Origin: Tubulanus polymorphus
Lineage: Eukaryota; Animalia; Nemertea
DNA length: 64,000 bases
Direction: 5' to 3'
Assembly (NCBI RefSeq): GCF_964204645.1
Contig: NC_134034.1
Span: forward strand, 3,613,814 to 3,677,813
Positions 25,262 through 38,800 of this stretch are shown piece by piece (positions within the stretch are counted from its first letter, which is position 1; each line of letters starts with the position of its first letter). Under the pieces are notes generated by a model that was not told where the DNA came from, ran no database searches, and saw only the letters and a list, made by a program, of their open reading frames with translations. Position numbers and translations under genes: made by a program.

Positions 25262-26270
25262 GCAGGATTAAGCTCAAAGAGGGCGCCATCTACTGGTCAC
25301 TCCGCAGTGCTCTTTTGATTTTCTACGTACCCAGTTTATTTCAGATTACTTTTCAATCGAACTATTAAAACTAACCTTAGTGCTTAGTGATACTTCTTCG
25401 TCATCCGTCAATACATCAATAACCTCTCTAGTACTACTATTGCTGGTACATTACGTTCGGCGAATCAGTACAAATAAGTTGTACCTACAATCCGTTTGTC
25501 CAGTTTTGGAGCCAGGAAGATCACAAATTCTCGTGGTGTGCGCCTACACTTCGGAACCAATTCGATGAGTCGGAGCGGATCAAACTAAATATGTAATTTG
25601 TCCAATTCTACAAGTCTCGCCTGTACTTTTCGGGATCTAGGGAGGGGGTGAATTGGGTGCTGGTCCAAATAAGATTGTTACTCTTATGTCTGCGAAAAAT
25701 CTTTAAAAGGGGCTTTATCGTATAGGCTAAATAGCCTACCTTTTCATCATCACAGCAGTTCGACATGCTTGACTCGGATGGGGTATGCCTTTCAAATTCG
25801 CCGGCGAAAAATGCGCCAGTTTTTCACGAGATAGCATCGTCAAGCGCAGAATCAGAAATACTCTCTCATCCACTTATGAACTCGTTCTGATAACTTCCCA
25901 CATGTTTGTTGAATCAAGGAGATGAAATAAGATTGTTGCTTCGCTGCCTCGGAACCAGGACTCTGTATCATATAGGTCTATGACGCCGTATATGCTAGGA
26001 GCAATCATCGATATGATTGCTCCTAGATATATGTTAGTGCATCCGTATATGTATAGGCGCTATGCGCTAATGTCTATTTCAAAATCAAAACGTGTCTGGG
26101 TGGGTGGGTACACAGGATCGTAGAGCGATGGAGATCACTGTGGAGACCTCACTACAGGACTGGGTGGAAGAGTTACCATGGATTCAAACCGCTGGAGATA
26201 TTCGGAGACTTAATCATAGGGTTATTTGATCTAATAAACCTTCCTTATCTTACTGATCTTACTTAATCAG

Positions 26271-26391
26271 GGCCCGGTTCCACAGTCGTGAGTTAAGATT
26301 TGACCCCGAGTTATTTTCAATGTTTGAAACATTGAAAATGAACTAATCTTAACTCAGAGTTAACTCTATCCCACAACTATGGAACCGGATC
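26271..26391. mobile_element. Harbinger-like MITE (GGCCCGGTTCCACAGT termini)
   Basis: Inverted termini with CAG on both flanks. Relatives at ~42125-42213 and 55247-55343. Confidence 0.7.
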
Positions 26392-26780
26392 CAGGAGGTT
26401 TAATCATACTTTCCAAAGACTAGTCAGGTACAGGATCCTGGGCCAAATCTTTGATTTTATACCCCCGGCACAGGCTCCCGGACACGCGGCCCCGGGCGCT
26501 GGCCGGGTGCCCGATTACACTTTTGCACTTGAATGTGGATTCGAAGAGATCTAATATGCGAATGTGCCGATGAAAAACAACGCACCTGATTTGGCTTGCG
26601 CCAAAGAAACCTTGGGCGATGTAATGAAGAGTTTTGCACTGGGTTTTGCCGTGCCGGCGGGAGGCAACCAAACCCTGGTAGCGGCAACCAGTCTAGATCA
26701 TACCCGCCGCGGTTACGAAAACATGATCGCAAGTATCACGAAAGGTCGTGGCGTACATTCTGTAGTGGTCATGTGACCTT

Positions 26781-26792
26781 ACAAAATGGCGG
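26781..26792 (+). promoter_or_regulatory. YY1-like site in putative GALNT exon-1a promoter/5'UTR
   Basis: ACAAAATGGCGG about 100 nt upstream of the exon-1a ATG. Confidence 0.35.
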
Positions 26793-26887
26793 ATGACAAT
26801 CTATAAAAATTGAATAGAGCGCATCTGTTCTCTGTTGGCGCGCGTGTTCTTCTAGCTGGATTGCTACCGGAGGATTGGACCGACGAA

Positions 26888-29800
26888 ATGAGTTTACGTA
26901 GGATATTTTCAGTGAGACGGCGAGGGCTGCTAAAATTTGCGTTGATCGTTTTAGCGTTCTTATTCATTTATTTTTTCCTGAAGAAAGACAGTCTACGAAC
27001 TGGTGGTGCTGATGTCGATGGCGAGCTGGTTAATCAGCGGCGCGATAGACCGTACTACGAGCGCTACAAGAAGAAGATAGGGTCGAGTGTACAGCGCGGG
27101 CCGGGCGAGGACGGTCGGCCCGTGCTGCTCACCGGGAAGGAACGCGCGTTGGCCGATAGTTTGTTTAAAGACGAGGCGTTTAATCGAATCGCGTCGGATA
27201 AAATCTCTCTAGATCGCACCATACCCGATACAAGAGATCCTCTGTAAGTATTAATTTCAATAATTCAGCCTTATAGAAAACGCGCCAAATTCTCTACAGA
27301 CAAGGTCAAGGATGGATGGATAGTTACCTAGTCTAATATCTAGCCGTTGTTTCTCAAAGAACGACGGGGGTCGTAAAAGTTAAGGGGACCGTAACAACGT
27401 CTGGTATTCAGACTAGATAGTTACCTAAATTTAATTGTTGGTTAATCGCAATTCGATGGGCTTCAGGTAGCAACTGTCTTTAGTGGTATGAAAATCAGTG
27501 GCGTTGGAACTGTAGGGACTGAAGCGCAGCAATAATTTACTGAATGAAGTTTTTTTTCTTTCTAAATTCTGTTTTCGACGAAACTGAAGTAAATTTGCCG
27601 CGGCAAGATTAGAACCTGTCGAAAATATAATCGGCTATTCTAGGCCGCGGCAATCAAAAATTGCTTCCAACGCGTCTGCAAATATCCAATCGAAAAACTT
27701 AAATTACTGTCTGGTTACCGACTCGGCCCTCTGGTTTATTTTTCAACAGTTCGAAAAACTTAGAAAAATAAAATTCAACTTGAACTTAAACTCGCATTCT
27801 ATTGCTCCGTATAACAACAAAACATCGAAATGCAATTTGTGAAAAATCAGGATTTGAACCCGAAGTGCTAAACGGACGGGTCTACCTGCGACGACCCGAC
27901 TGTATTTTAGGTGTCACTAATGGTCTCATCGAAACGATCAATACGTCGAGGACTTAAATGAAGTAGATTGAATTGATCAACAGTTTAAGAGCTCAAGAAG
28001 AGCGATGACTTATAAAAATTATGTGACATTTCCTGATGACGACTTTAAGCGAGGTAGGCTGTTCGAAATTAATGGCCCATTTAAAGAATTTGCCTAAATT
28101 TTCTAAACTAGTTTCGGTGAAATCGACGTTAGAATCATTTGTGTAGCGTATAATAGGCCTACGCTATTATACGAATGTTTGATTTCACAGCCTGCGCCAC
28201 AGGTTTACAAATCGATAAATTCAATCTATACGACATAAACAGATGTTGTCGAAAGTTTTCCGTATCAATTGACTTGAAAGGTTTACAGTTGAACAAACAT
28301 CGCTCGTTGTAACATTGATACGCGGCCTTCTAGGCCTTTAAAAAGACTGATTACACATTTGATTATCAGGCAGCAAGCTTTCAAAAACTGATCGCGCACG
28401 CCCTTCGCACACGCATTTGCAACTACACACGAGACATTTTAAATCGAAAATGAACTAAAATCACCGGGTAGTAGACATTTCATCAGCTCAAAAGCTGATC
28501 CAGTGTACATGCCTCATAGGCCTATGTGTTAAGGACTTCGCCTCAGACATTTTCAATTGAAAATGAACTACAAACACCAGACATAAGACATTTTATCAGC
28601 AAATTTTCAAAAACTGATCATCCAGTGTTTTCAATAAGAAATTAACAAGCCAGGTCCTCTTGAAAAACAGGAGGGTCCCATAATATGTCACAGCCCCTGA
28701 AACGAAAGCTTGTTTGAAGTAACAGGCGGGTCCTTTACAAACGACAGACGGGTCTGGGACCTGGCTCTTATTGAAAACACTGGTCATCCACACTTAACAT
28801 GGACTTCACCTGAGGTATTTTTAATTGAAAATGAACTACAAACACCAGACATAAGACATTTTAGGCTATCAGCAAATTTTCAAAAACTGATCATCCACAC
28901 TAACATGGACTTCACCTGAGGTATTTTTAATTGAAAATGAACTACAAACACCAGACATAAGACATTTTAGGCTATCAGCAAATTTTCAAAAACTGATCAT
29001 CCACACTAACATGGACTTCACCTGAGGTATTTTTAATTGAAAATGAACTACAAACACCAGACATAAGACATTTTAGGCTATCAGCAAATTTTCAAAAACT
29101 GATCATCCACACTTAACATGGACTTCACCTGAGGTATTTTTAATTGAAAATGAACTACAAACACCAGACATTAGACATTTTATCGGCCCACTTCTAAAAA
29201 CTGATCCAGTACACGTTTCACATGTGTTCAGGACTTCTCGTGAGATATTAACAGCTGAAAATGAACTACAAACACCGGGCATTGATTAGCCATTCGGCCC
29301 TACATCAGCAAATGTTCAAAAACTGATCGTCCACATTTCACACGCGTTCAGAACTTCACCCGAGACCATTTTTAATTGAAAAATGAATTACAAAGCACGA
29401 GATGCTAGATATTTTAAAAGCACACTTTCAAAAACGGATCTTTCATACTTCACACTAATATGGTCAGTGTCTGAAGGGCACTGCGCAGTTCCTGACAGCA
29501 GGTTGATGCGTAGTCGCAACGCAGTGATTTAAGATCACGGCCAATCCGCTAATTTTTGACAGGTTCTAATATTGCCGCTGCGAATTCACTTCGAACACCA
29601 TTCAGTAAATTATTACTGAACGGCTCTCACCGCCGCAGTCGCTACGGTTCCAACACCGCTGCGATGTAAATGGCTTATATTTGAGGTCGAGTTATCCTTT
29701 TAATATGTAACATATATACGTAGCCCCCTCCCGCGCGGTGTATACGCGATAAATAGATTCGTTTCCCGAAGTTAATACTCCCGCGAGTCGTCAGTCGAGA

Positions 29801-32800
29801 AAAATCTATACACGTGAATACGATTCCCCGATTGCTCGGTAGCTCGACAGCTGGCACATTGACACCGACGACGACGTGGGGTTGTTTTCACTACTCTCTC
29901 ACTGTTTGTAACACGCGGCGGACTGGATTCGGCGCGCCACGACTACTAAACGTCTGTTTCGACTTTTCGAGAGAGAGGACTTCGGGTGCCGTAACTCAGT
30001 CAGGTTTGGTGTAATACACATCTGATTTCGGTGTTATGGTCAGCATAAATTGGCCGCTGACGGATCTCCATTTTTACTTCAGGTGAATCAAGAGAAAATT
30101 GACTCCGTTTCTTGAAATGAATTGAGTTTACGATTATTTTTCTGACCCCCTAAATACCGAAGTCACACAATGGAACCTCATTACTACGAGCTTCGGGGAC
30201 CAGAAAATATGTTCGTTATAACCGATAGTTTGTTATATCTAGTATGGAAGTAATTGATATCGTCCTGTTTGGGACGAAATTCTAGGTTTATAGATAAATC
30301 GTTAAACCGAGGTCGTTAAAACGACGTTCCACTGTAGGCCTAGTTTTAAAATCATCGAAAATCACGGTTTGTAGGCATGGAAACACTATATTGTTAGACA
30401 ATCAAATTATGGAGTCACTTTTCTGAGGATTCAGCCCGATTTCGAAGAAGGCTTTTTGGCAATCCTTTGGCAATCCGTTTTGCCCTGTATTGAAGTTCAA
30501 TTAAAGGGCAGAGCGGATTAAAATTCGATCATTTAGTTCAACTGCCCAATTGTGCTCATCTTTTATCACCGATATCAGGTAGGCCTATGTACAGTAGAAC
30601 TCGCTTAACCCTTTCAGTGCTGACTAATCAATACCCTATAGTGCTGGAGATAATTGGAAATTTTGAAAAATTCCACCCTAGTGTGTTGAATAACAGGAAT
30701 ACCACTAAAGTGCGTCTACCATGTGGCGCAGTGTATCGTTAGTTACTAATATTTCACTGTGTTTGACAGGTGCTGCCATCTTTCAATAGAGATAACAACT
30801 AATTACATCAATACACCGCAGTGCGTTGTACTAGCAAAATCCATCACAGATTCATACACCGCACTGCGGTGTATATGCGCTGAAAGGGTTAATTCGGATG
30901 AAATATCTAATCGATTTAACATGGAACTGGGGGCAGTCCCTAGAAATCCGAATCAAGTGAGATCTACTGTAAATACCTGATATCGGTGATAAAGCATTAG
31001 CAAAATTGGGCGAAGGGAAAAATGGATTGCCAAAACAAGGAGTTATGGAACCCGGTGTCCTTTCAGCCGAGTTGAAATAGACGTAGAATTAACGATTGAA
31101 TCGCGCCACCGAAACAACAAACAGAAATAAAACCTGACTGAAACTCGACGCACGAAATGACTTCACGCGGATTATTTTCCGCTCGTCGGCGACTGGAGCT
31201 GTATAAATGGATCGTCATCGTATCGGTTTTTGCTTTTATTTATCTGTTTATGAAGAGCAGACGCGCGGCAACGGGCGTCGGGCACCTCCGCGACACGCCG
31301 TACTACGAGCGTTATCTGCGACGCGTGAAGTCCGGCGACCGCGGCACCGAGCCCGGCGAGAACGGTCGGCCCGTTATACTGAACGGGCAGGAACGCGCGT
31401 TGGCCAATAGTTTGTTTAAAGACGAGGCGTTCAATCGCATCGCGTCGGATAAAATCTCTCTGGAACGCACTCTACCCGATAATAGACATCCTCAGTAAGT
31501 CAGAATAGATATCTCGGACGCGGCTTTGTTTAAGAACTTATCATTAACCCTCTCAATGCGACAACCCCGCAGTGCGGCGCGTTAAATGGTGATGGAGCTT
31601 GCTAGTGCACCGCATTACGGTGTATGGATGTAATTAGTTTTAGCGCCACCTGGTGTGTGATTGTGGCTTTACTATGAAAAATTCACCGATTTGTTGCAAT
31701 GTTAAAATACAACACCGCAGTGCGGCGTATAAAATGACGATGGAATTCGCTAGTACACCGCATTGCGGTGTATGGATGTAATTAGTAATTAGTTTTAGCG
31801 CCACCTGGTGTATGATGGTGGCTTGTCTATAAAAATTTCACCAATTTGTTACAATGTTCAAATGCGATATAGAGTTACTGCTAGGATTCTTTAGGAACTC
31901 CTCCCTCTCTTCTGCTTACCCATGTCTCCTTCCTGAGTGATGAAAGTTACTGCATTCTGGTTACTGACCGGTCCAGTAACTGACTAAATGACAGTCGGGT
32001 TACTGGCTCAGCCATCAGGCTAGTTACTGACTAAACTGCATTCCGGTTACTGACCGGTCCAGTAACTGATGAAACGACAGTCCGTTTACTGGCTCAGCCA
32101 TCAGACTAGTTACTACTGACGAAACTGCATTCCTGTTACTGACCGGTCCAGTAACTGACTAAACCACAGTCCGTTTACTGGCTCAGCCATCAGGCTAGTT
32201 ACTGACTAAACTGCATTCCGGTTACTGATTAAACTGGGAAGGGCCCCTTGGCTATAAGGAAATATTTTTAGTAGAATTCACCGCCTAGGCCACTGTTATT
32301 CTTTTACCGAAATGGGGAGAGACAATCGGCCTATAGTATACAATATCTGGTAGATATTATTAGATATGTGGTCCCCTATATTTGTTTACGATCCAACATT
32401 GTGCCCCTTTTGTTGAAAAACTGCCGGTTGAGCTTCTGCCCCGGTTATAAGTTGGCCCTATTTCCCCAAGAAGCACATCTTGCATGTCGGCATCTTCCCT
32501 TTTGAAAAAGAGTGTCACCCCCTTGAACTTGAACTCCACGCCCCCTTATGGCTGGTACTGTAAAAGGTAAAAAGTACTTGGGTACCATTTTGAAACGCAG
32601 ATAACCAACTGTGTCTGTTATTGTGTTACGGATCTAGCAAAAACAATCGAATCAGTGTCAACGTCTGTCCCTTCTGAACATCAGTTTCGGTCGGCATCTG
32701 TCACTTGATGTTATCACTCATCAGTTCACTCTACTGAATCTATTAGTATAAAACAGAGTTTTATTGACGACGATTTTTCATTTGCTGTGCTGAAAATTGC

Positions 32801-35800
32801 ATGTCGATGCGTGGCGTCGTTTGCAGTATTTAGTGCTGACATGTGAAGATAGCGCCCTCGTTTTAGTAACATGTGAAGCTCCCCAAAATCAACCGTTAAT
32901 CTTTAGATAAAGGATATTCTGTTATTCGGATTATCTTGACGAAAAAAACGTTTGTATCAATATGCAGATGAATTTTAAACAATTCTAATTCGCATTTAAA
33001 ACGCCATACATGTCGACCAATATTGTGTAGTATATAGTTGAATTCGAACGCTCGCTATGATCCTGTCTATGCGTCAGTTGAGTTTTATCTGTTTACAATC
33101 TAAAACGAAGAATTACCGGTAGATTATCAGCGGATCATCGGTGCTGGTAGTGACGGCTGGTGCGAGGAGATAAGGCAACTGCGAGATATCTCAGGGGAGT
33201 GTGAGACATTGTCACACCAACCAGTTAATTCTAACCAACATTTGAGTAACTGGCCCCTGCTGTGTAAATTATGTTTTTATCTTTTTACATTTTCATATCT
33301 TCCATATTCTTTATCGTACTAAATCGAGATACATGTGATGATGCAAAACCGTCACGGGGGTGCAATAAACGTTGATATTTCGTAAAGAATTGTTAACCCT
33401 TTTAAACAGTGCTGACTAATTATACCCTATAGTGCTGGAGACCCTAATGTGTTGAATAACGGGAATACCACTATAATGCGTCTACACCGCAGCGCGGTGT
33501 ATCGTTAGTTACTAGTATTTCACTATGTTTGACAGGTGCTGCCATTTTTCAAGAGAGATAATTATTAATTACTAATTACATCAATACACCACAGTGCGGT
33601 GTACTAGCAAAATCTATCAAAAATTCCACCCTAGTTCCACCTTCAAGAGAGATAATTACTAATTACATCAATACACCGCATTGGAGTGTACTAGCAAAAT
33701 CTATCACTGATTTATACACCGCACTGCGGTGTAGACGCACTGAAAGGGTTAATGATATCGTCTGTTTATATTTTTAGATGCGGTGGAGTGACGTATCCCG
33801 AAGATCTGCCTTCGTTGAGCGTTATTATCATATTCATCAATGAGGCGTGGTCTCCGTTGTTGCGTACGGTGCACAGCGTCGTCAACCGCACTCCAGCTCG
33901 GTATCTACACGAAGTTTTACTAGTCGACGACACCAGTGATAAAGGTAAATAGTCCGAGCTCTTTAACGCTTTCAGTACTGACTTAATAAGGTTTAGTTTG
34001 CTGAATAAGGGGAATACCACTATAGTGCGTCAACACCGCTAGTTACTAATATTTCACTATGTTTGACAGGTGCTGCCATCTTTCAATAGAGATAATTACT
34101 AATTACATAAATACACCACAGTGCATTGTACTAGCAAAATCCATCACCGATTTGTACTCCGCACTGTGGTGTAGATGCACTGAAAGGGTTAAGGGCTACC
34201 ATAGGTCAACCTTTGGCGACATTGTTCCCTGTGACCACTGACCTAAGCGGCTCTTGTGACTCTGCCAGCGACGCCAGTCACAATGAGTCGCATGTGTTCT
34301 ACTTTCTAGGACGCCATCGTCATGATTTCCTCCCCAGGGGTGGATCCAGGGAAACTTGTCAGACTTGTCCAAGTACATCGAATTTGTGAGTGCCCTCTCA
34401 TGGTTTGTAGCCAACTAATCTTGAAGTCTACCAAGGGCTATTTAGCGCTACTTTTTGGAAAATATTTGTGAAATTCCCTGGTTTGTGCTCACTTTCCACA
34501 AAAATGTTGTCGAGTGTTGAAAAGTGCTAACTTATTGCTTAAGCCTTTATGCTACGATCCATGTCAGTTGTTTTGTCAAAAACCGAAATTTGGTGCATTT
34601 TAATGTGGGTGTGTGTCTCGAAGTGCTCTTTGAGATGTGACGAATTCTTCAAAAGCGCATGGATCTGCCCCTACTCCATAATTCCCCGTCAAATTAGTCA
34701 TCAGTTGCTCCATGAATTTCCCTAGAAAATCATCAAGTTCGCTGTGTCATTCGATCTAGGCCCTATGCGTGGTACTACGGCGCAGGCAGCCCCATCTTTT
34801 CTGAAAGTTTAATCTCTAATTCGTCTGTGACTCGGGAATTTTCAATTCAATTTTTGCAGAGCATTTGAAACAGAAGTTAGACGATTACGTGAAGGAGACA
34901 TGGCCGGAAGGATTCGTGAAAATAGTCCGTCTGCAAAAGCGACATGGTTTAATCCGAGCTCGACTCGCCGGAGCTAGAGCAGCGTCCGGAGATGTGATGG
35001 TTTTCTTGGATTCACATTGTGAAGCAAACGTACAATGGTAGGTATTCATTTTTTTACTTCTTTACGATGCCAGTAATGCTACTATGGCAAGTGAGGATCA
35101 ACCAGGTGCCGCTAGTTTACAGTAGCACATCAACTACAGCTGCGATAGAGTATTCCACTTTCGGCAAGTGAGAATTCACCGGGTGGAACTAGTGTGCAGT
35201 AGGACACAAACAATTCTTGCAATAGAGGATTCCACTTGTGACAAGTGAGAATCCACCAGGTGTGTAGTGTGAGTGTGCAGTAGGATATCAACTACTGCAG
35301 CAAGTAGATTGCACTTATGGAACTCAGATCCACCAGGTGGCACTAGTGTGCAGTAGGACACCAACAACTCTTACTAGAAGATTCTAGTAAGTTTCTAGTT
35401 CAGCGAGAAGATTAGCTAGAAGGTTAGCTAGAAGATTCTAGTTCACTTTTCACTTGTGGACAGTGAAGATCCACCTGGTGTCGCTTGTAGTTACATCATT
35501 TCTTCATCAATTTCAAAGTGTGCTAAAAAATCCCTGATGGACTTTTTTGCGGAAAATGTATTTTTGCACCTTAATTTAAAAAATTTTGTGGGAAGGCTTC
35601 GAAACTCATGGGGGCTGTTTAGTGATTGTCTATGAAATGCACATTTTGCTGTTTTTCATATGGGTCCTTCTTTGAACCTCTTGGCCCGGTTTTCATCGAT
35701 AATTCATTTTTCTCGTTATAGGGCTGAACCGTTGTTGGCGAGAATTAAGGAGAAACGCTCGGCGGTTTTGTGCCCGGACATTGATCCTATCGACGCGAAT

Positions 35801-38800
35801 ACTCTATCGTACGCCGGCTCCGGCTCCAATTCGGTCGGCAATTTCTGGTGGGCTTTACATTTCGGCTGGGAGGCCATTCCACAACACGAACGAGACCGTC
35901 GAAAATCACCGATAGAACCAATCAGGTAAGAACAATTAGCATGTCAATGTGCACTCAGGAATTTCACCATGTAGTGTCAATTACTCCTCAGAAAATTCAA
36001 GGTCAAATCCAAGTTTATCACGACACCAAATAGCTCATTTGCTGTTTTTTTCCACGCGTTACAAGTTCGTGTTATTTTATCGTAAATGATCAAGGCTTTT
36101 ATACGATGTAAGATTTGATGAGGTGGGCCGCCAAAATCGTGTCCATTTGACCCCCGAAATTCATCCATACTTGCTTGGATTTGAAGTGAGCGCTCAGAAC
36201 TGCAATTTTCATACTCGAAATACGCGAGAAATTGAAATAGGAGGATGTTGATTTCTGTTCGGTATTTCGAGGACTTGGGTGTCTAGTTTATTGTAAGCTG
36301 TTGGGTTCTAATCCCACTATAACCATTTTTGTGCAGCATACGAAAAAAGTGCTGGGCGGATTCGGGCGGCTTGAGGAGTAATAGGCAGGACGGATACGGG
36401 CGGCTTGAGTGCTAATGGGTTAATGATGAATTTCACAAATTTTTACATAATAGGCTTTTGTCATATAAACTATTCCCCACGTGTGAATGTGGTTACTGAT
36501 ATCTGGTGTTTAGTTCATTTTCAATTAAAAATGTCTCGAAATGTTATGAAATGTAGACAATTATTTTTTATTGTACAATCAGATCGCCTACGATGGCTGG
36601 AGGTCTGTTCGCCGTCGATAGGAAATATTTCTTCGAAATTGGGGCATACGACGAAGGCATGGACATTTGGGGTGGAGAAAACCTTGAGATGTCATTCAGG
36701 GTAAGTCATCGTTAAAAATGGTATTGTAAGAGAGATTGTAAGATATTGTAATGGTATTGCAATGCGGTGTACTAGCAAAATCCATCACCGATTTATACAC
36801 TGCACTGAAAGGGTAAAGTCTAAGCCATAACTATGCAACCGACAACTGGAAATAACTACTGCAGCGATTGAAACTGTCCAACCATTTCCATGGTTTGCGG
36901 AGCAAATAAATACTTTCGTTTACAAATTATTCACATCTCGAGACTGACCGTTATGTCATGCCACAGGACAGGTGGCATAACCATCATTACGCATTCCTGA
37001 CTACGAGAGTGATGGGGAAAAGAAATAATTGTTTCTCTCTATTCATGTTTTAGATTTGGATGTGTGGAGGATCGTTAGAATTCATCCCGTGCTCTCGAGT
37101 CGGTCATATTTTCCGATCCAGTCATCCGTACACATTTCCAGGTAGCGTTTCACCTCAATTTTAACCCTCTCCCATTTAAGGACGACGTATTATAGTTTTC
37201 TCTGGATGGTAACGTATGTTTATGGTTTTGTTTCCGCGCAGGTCGTAAGGATTACCACGGCATCAATTCGAAACGTTTAGCCGAAGTTTGGTTGGACGAA
37301 TACAAACGGTTGTTTTATACGTTTAGACCAGATTTAGTCGTAAGTACTGCTATAGTATAGAGGGGGAAATGGGGGATGAGAGCGGCGGAATTTGACCACG
37401 AGTGGCTGAGATAACAAGAGTTGGCAGTAGAGGGGAGTAGATGAACCTAGGCGTCCTCAAAGGGGGTCGGAAGGTGCAAATGTCACTTAAAGCCATAGCG
37501 CCCTTTTTTCATATGAGGGAAAAATTTTTTTGGGATGAATTACGTAACCTTGTTGGTTCCAAATGATCCGAATTAAGCGTATTCTACTATACCTAGAGTG
37601 CGGCTGCGGCTCTAAGTTCTATGGAACAAGACTATAATGTACGTATCGCAGGGACTGTATGATGGCCTAGTGGATTTGTTCGTTTTCAAGAGAAATTTGA
37701 CTCTCCCCTTGAAACCTGGGGATACCCGTGATGAAGGGTGATAGATTTCCGGAGTTGTAAATTAGATCCAATTAGAGTCAAAAAATGAGTCGATTTCAAA
37801 ATAATCCTAAATGATAATAAATTTATCCTACTGCACGAAGAGTCAAAACGTTCGAACCTTACCTGAAAAGATAAACCGCCTGCTGAATGATGCGTCGAAG
37901 AAACTAAACGAAATATTTTCGTTTTTCTTTTTTTTTTCAGAATAAAGACGTCGGCGATCTAACGGAGAGAATCGAATTGCGAAAACGTCTGAATTGTAAA
38001 AGTTTCAAGTGGTATTTAGATAACATCATACCGCAGAAGTATATCATCGATGAGCATTCATCAGCCTGGGGTATGGTAAGTACGATCTTGGGGGGGCTTT
38101 ACTTTTTACAGATGAATAATCTTAGTCAATTCGATGCAAAAATCTAACTTAATAACTAATGTCGATGATACCGCCCAGAATTATTTGCTGCGCGTCTGCC
38201 CCTGCCTCCGCCTGGATCCGCCCTGCCCACTTTGGACTTCAGTGATCTATGTTGTGGATCACCAGGACACGGGCTGCAGTCGTATATATGCTTGGAAAAG
38301 CAGGGGGTGGATCTAGCTTTTCGGGGAAAAGGGGGGCACATTACTCACTTGGGTCACTACTTACATATGGGGCAGGATCTAGGTATGCTACTTTTGAAAA
38401 AAATTTTGAAAAACAAGATGCACGCCGAGCACTTTCCTGGTTGAAATCAGTAATGAAATATGTTCACAATTTCGCCATTCCCTAAACGAAAAGTTTTGGG
38501 TAGAATATTCCAAGGTCTGCCGATAAAAGGGTGTGTGCCGCCCCGCGCACCCCGTTAATCCGCCACTGAAAAGTGTCGTTTAAGTCTCTTACAAAAGTGC
38601 ATACCGTACTTTTACCTCGACCTTACTACTCTCACAACCACCGCTGTAAATCAGCTTCTAGGCCTCATTTACTTATAAATACCCCAACTAAAATTCGCCC
38701 CTCCGTTGCGCAAAAAAATGAATATTTTCGGAAGAGGTTCTCGTTTAAATGGTAACCGTATTGATTTCAGGTTCGAAATCCGTCCAGTAATCTGTGTTTA

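Noticed and set aside
26588-26690. HDV-like ribozyme fold on the minus strand (P2 UUUGGUU/AGCCAAA, P3 GCC-UCCCGCC-GGC)
   Set aside because: P1 is imperfect, the P1.1 GG is absent and J4/2 is non-canonical. More likely a retroelement UTR remnant; it shares a 16-mer with 6341.
28030-28075. CTGATGA...GAAA possible hammerhead
   Set aside because: Stem II and stem I do not pair convincingly.
28800-29200. CRISPR-like regular repeats (also 31950-32236 and 35086-35485)
   Set aside because: Whole units repeat with no unique spacers, there are no cas genes, and the context is eukaryotic.
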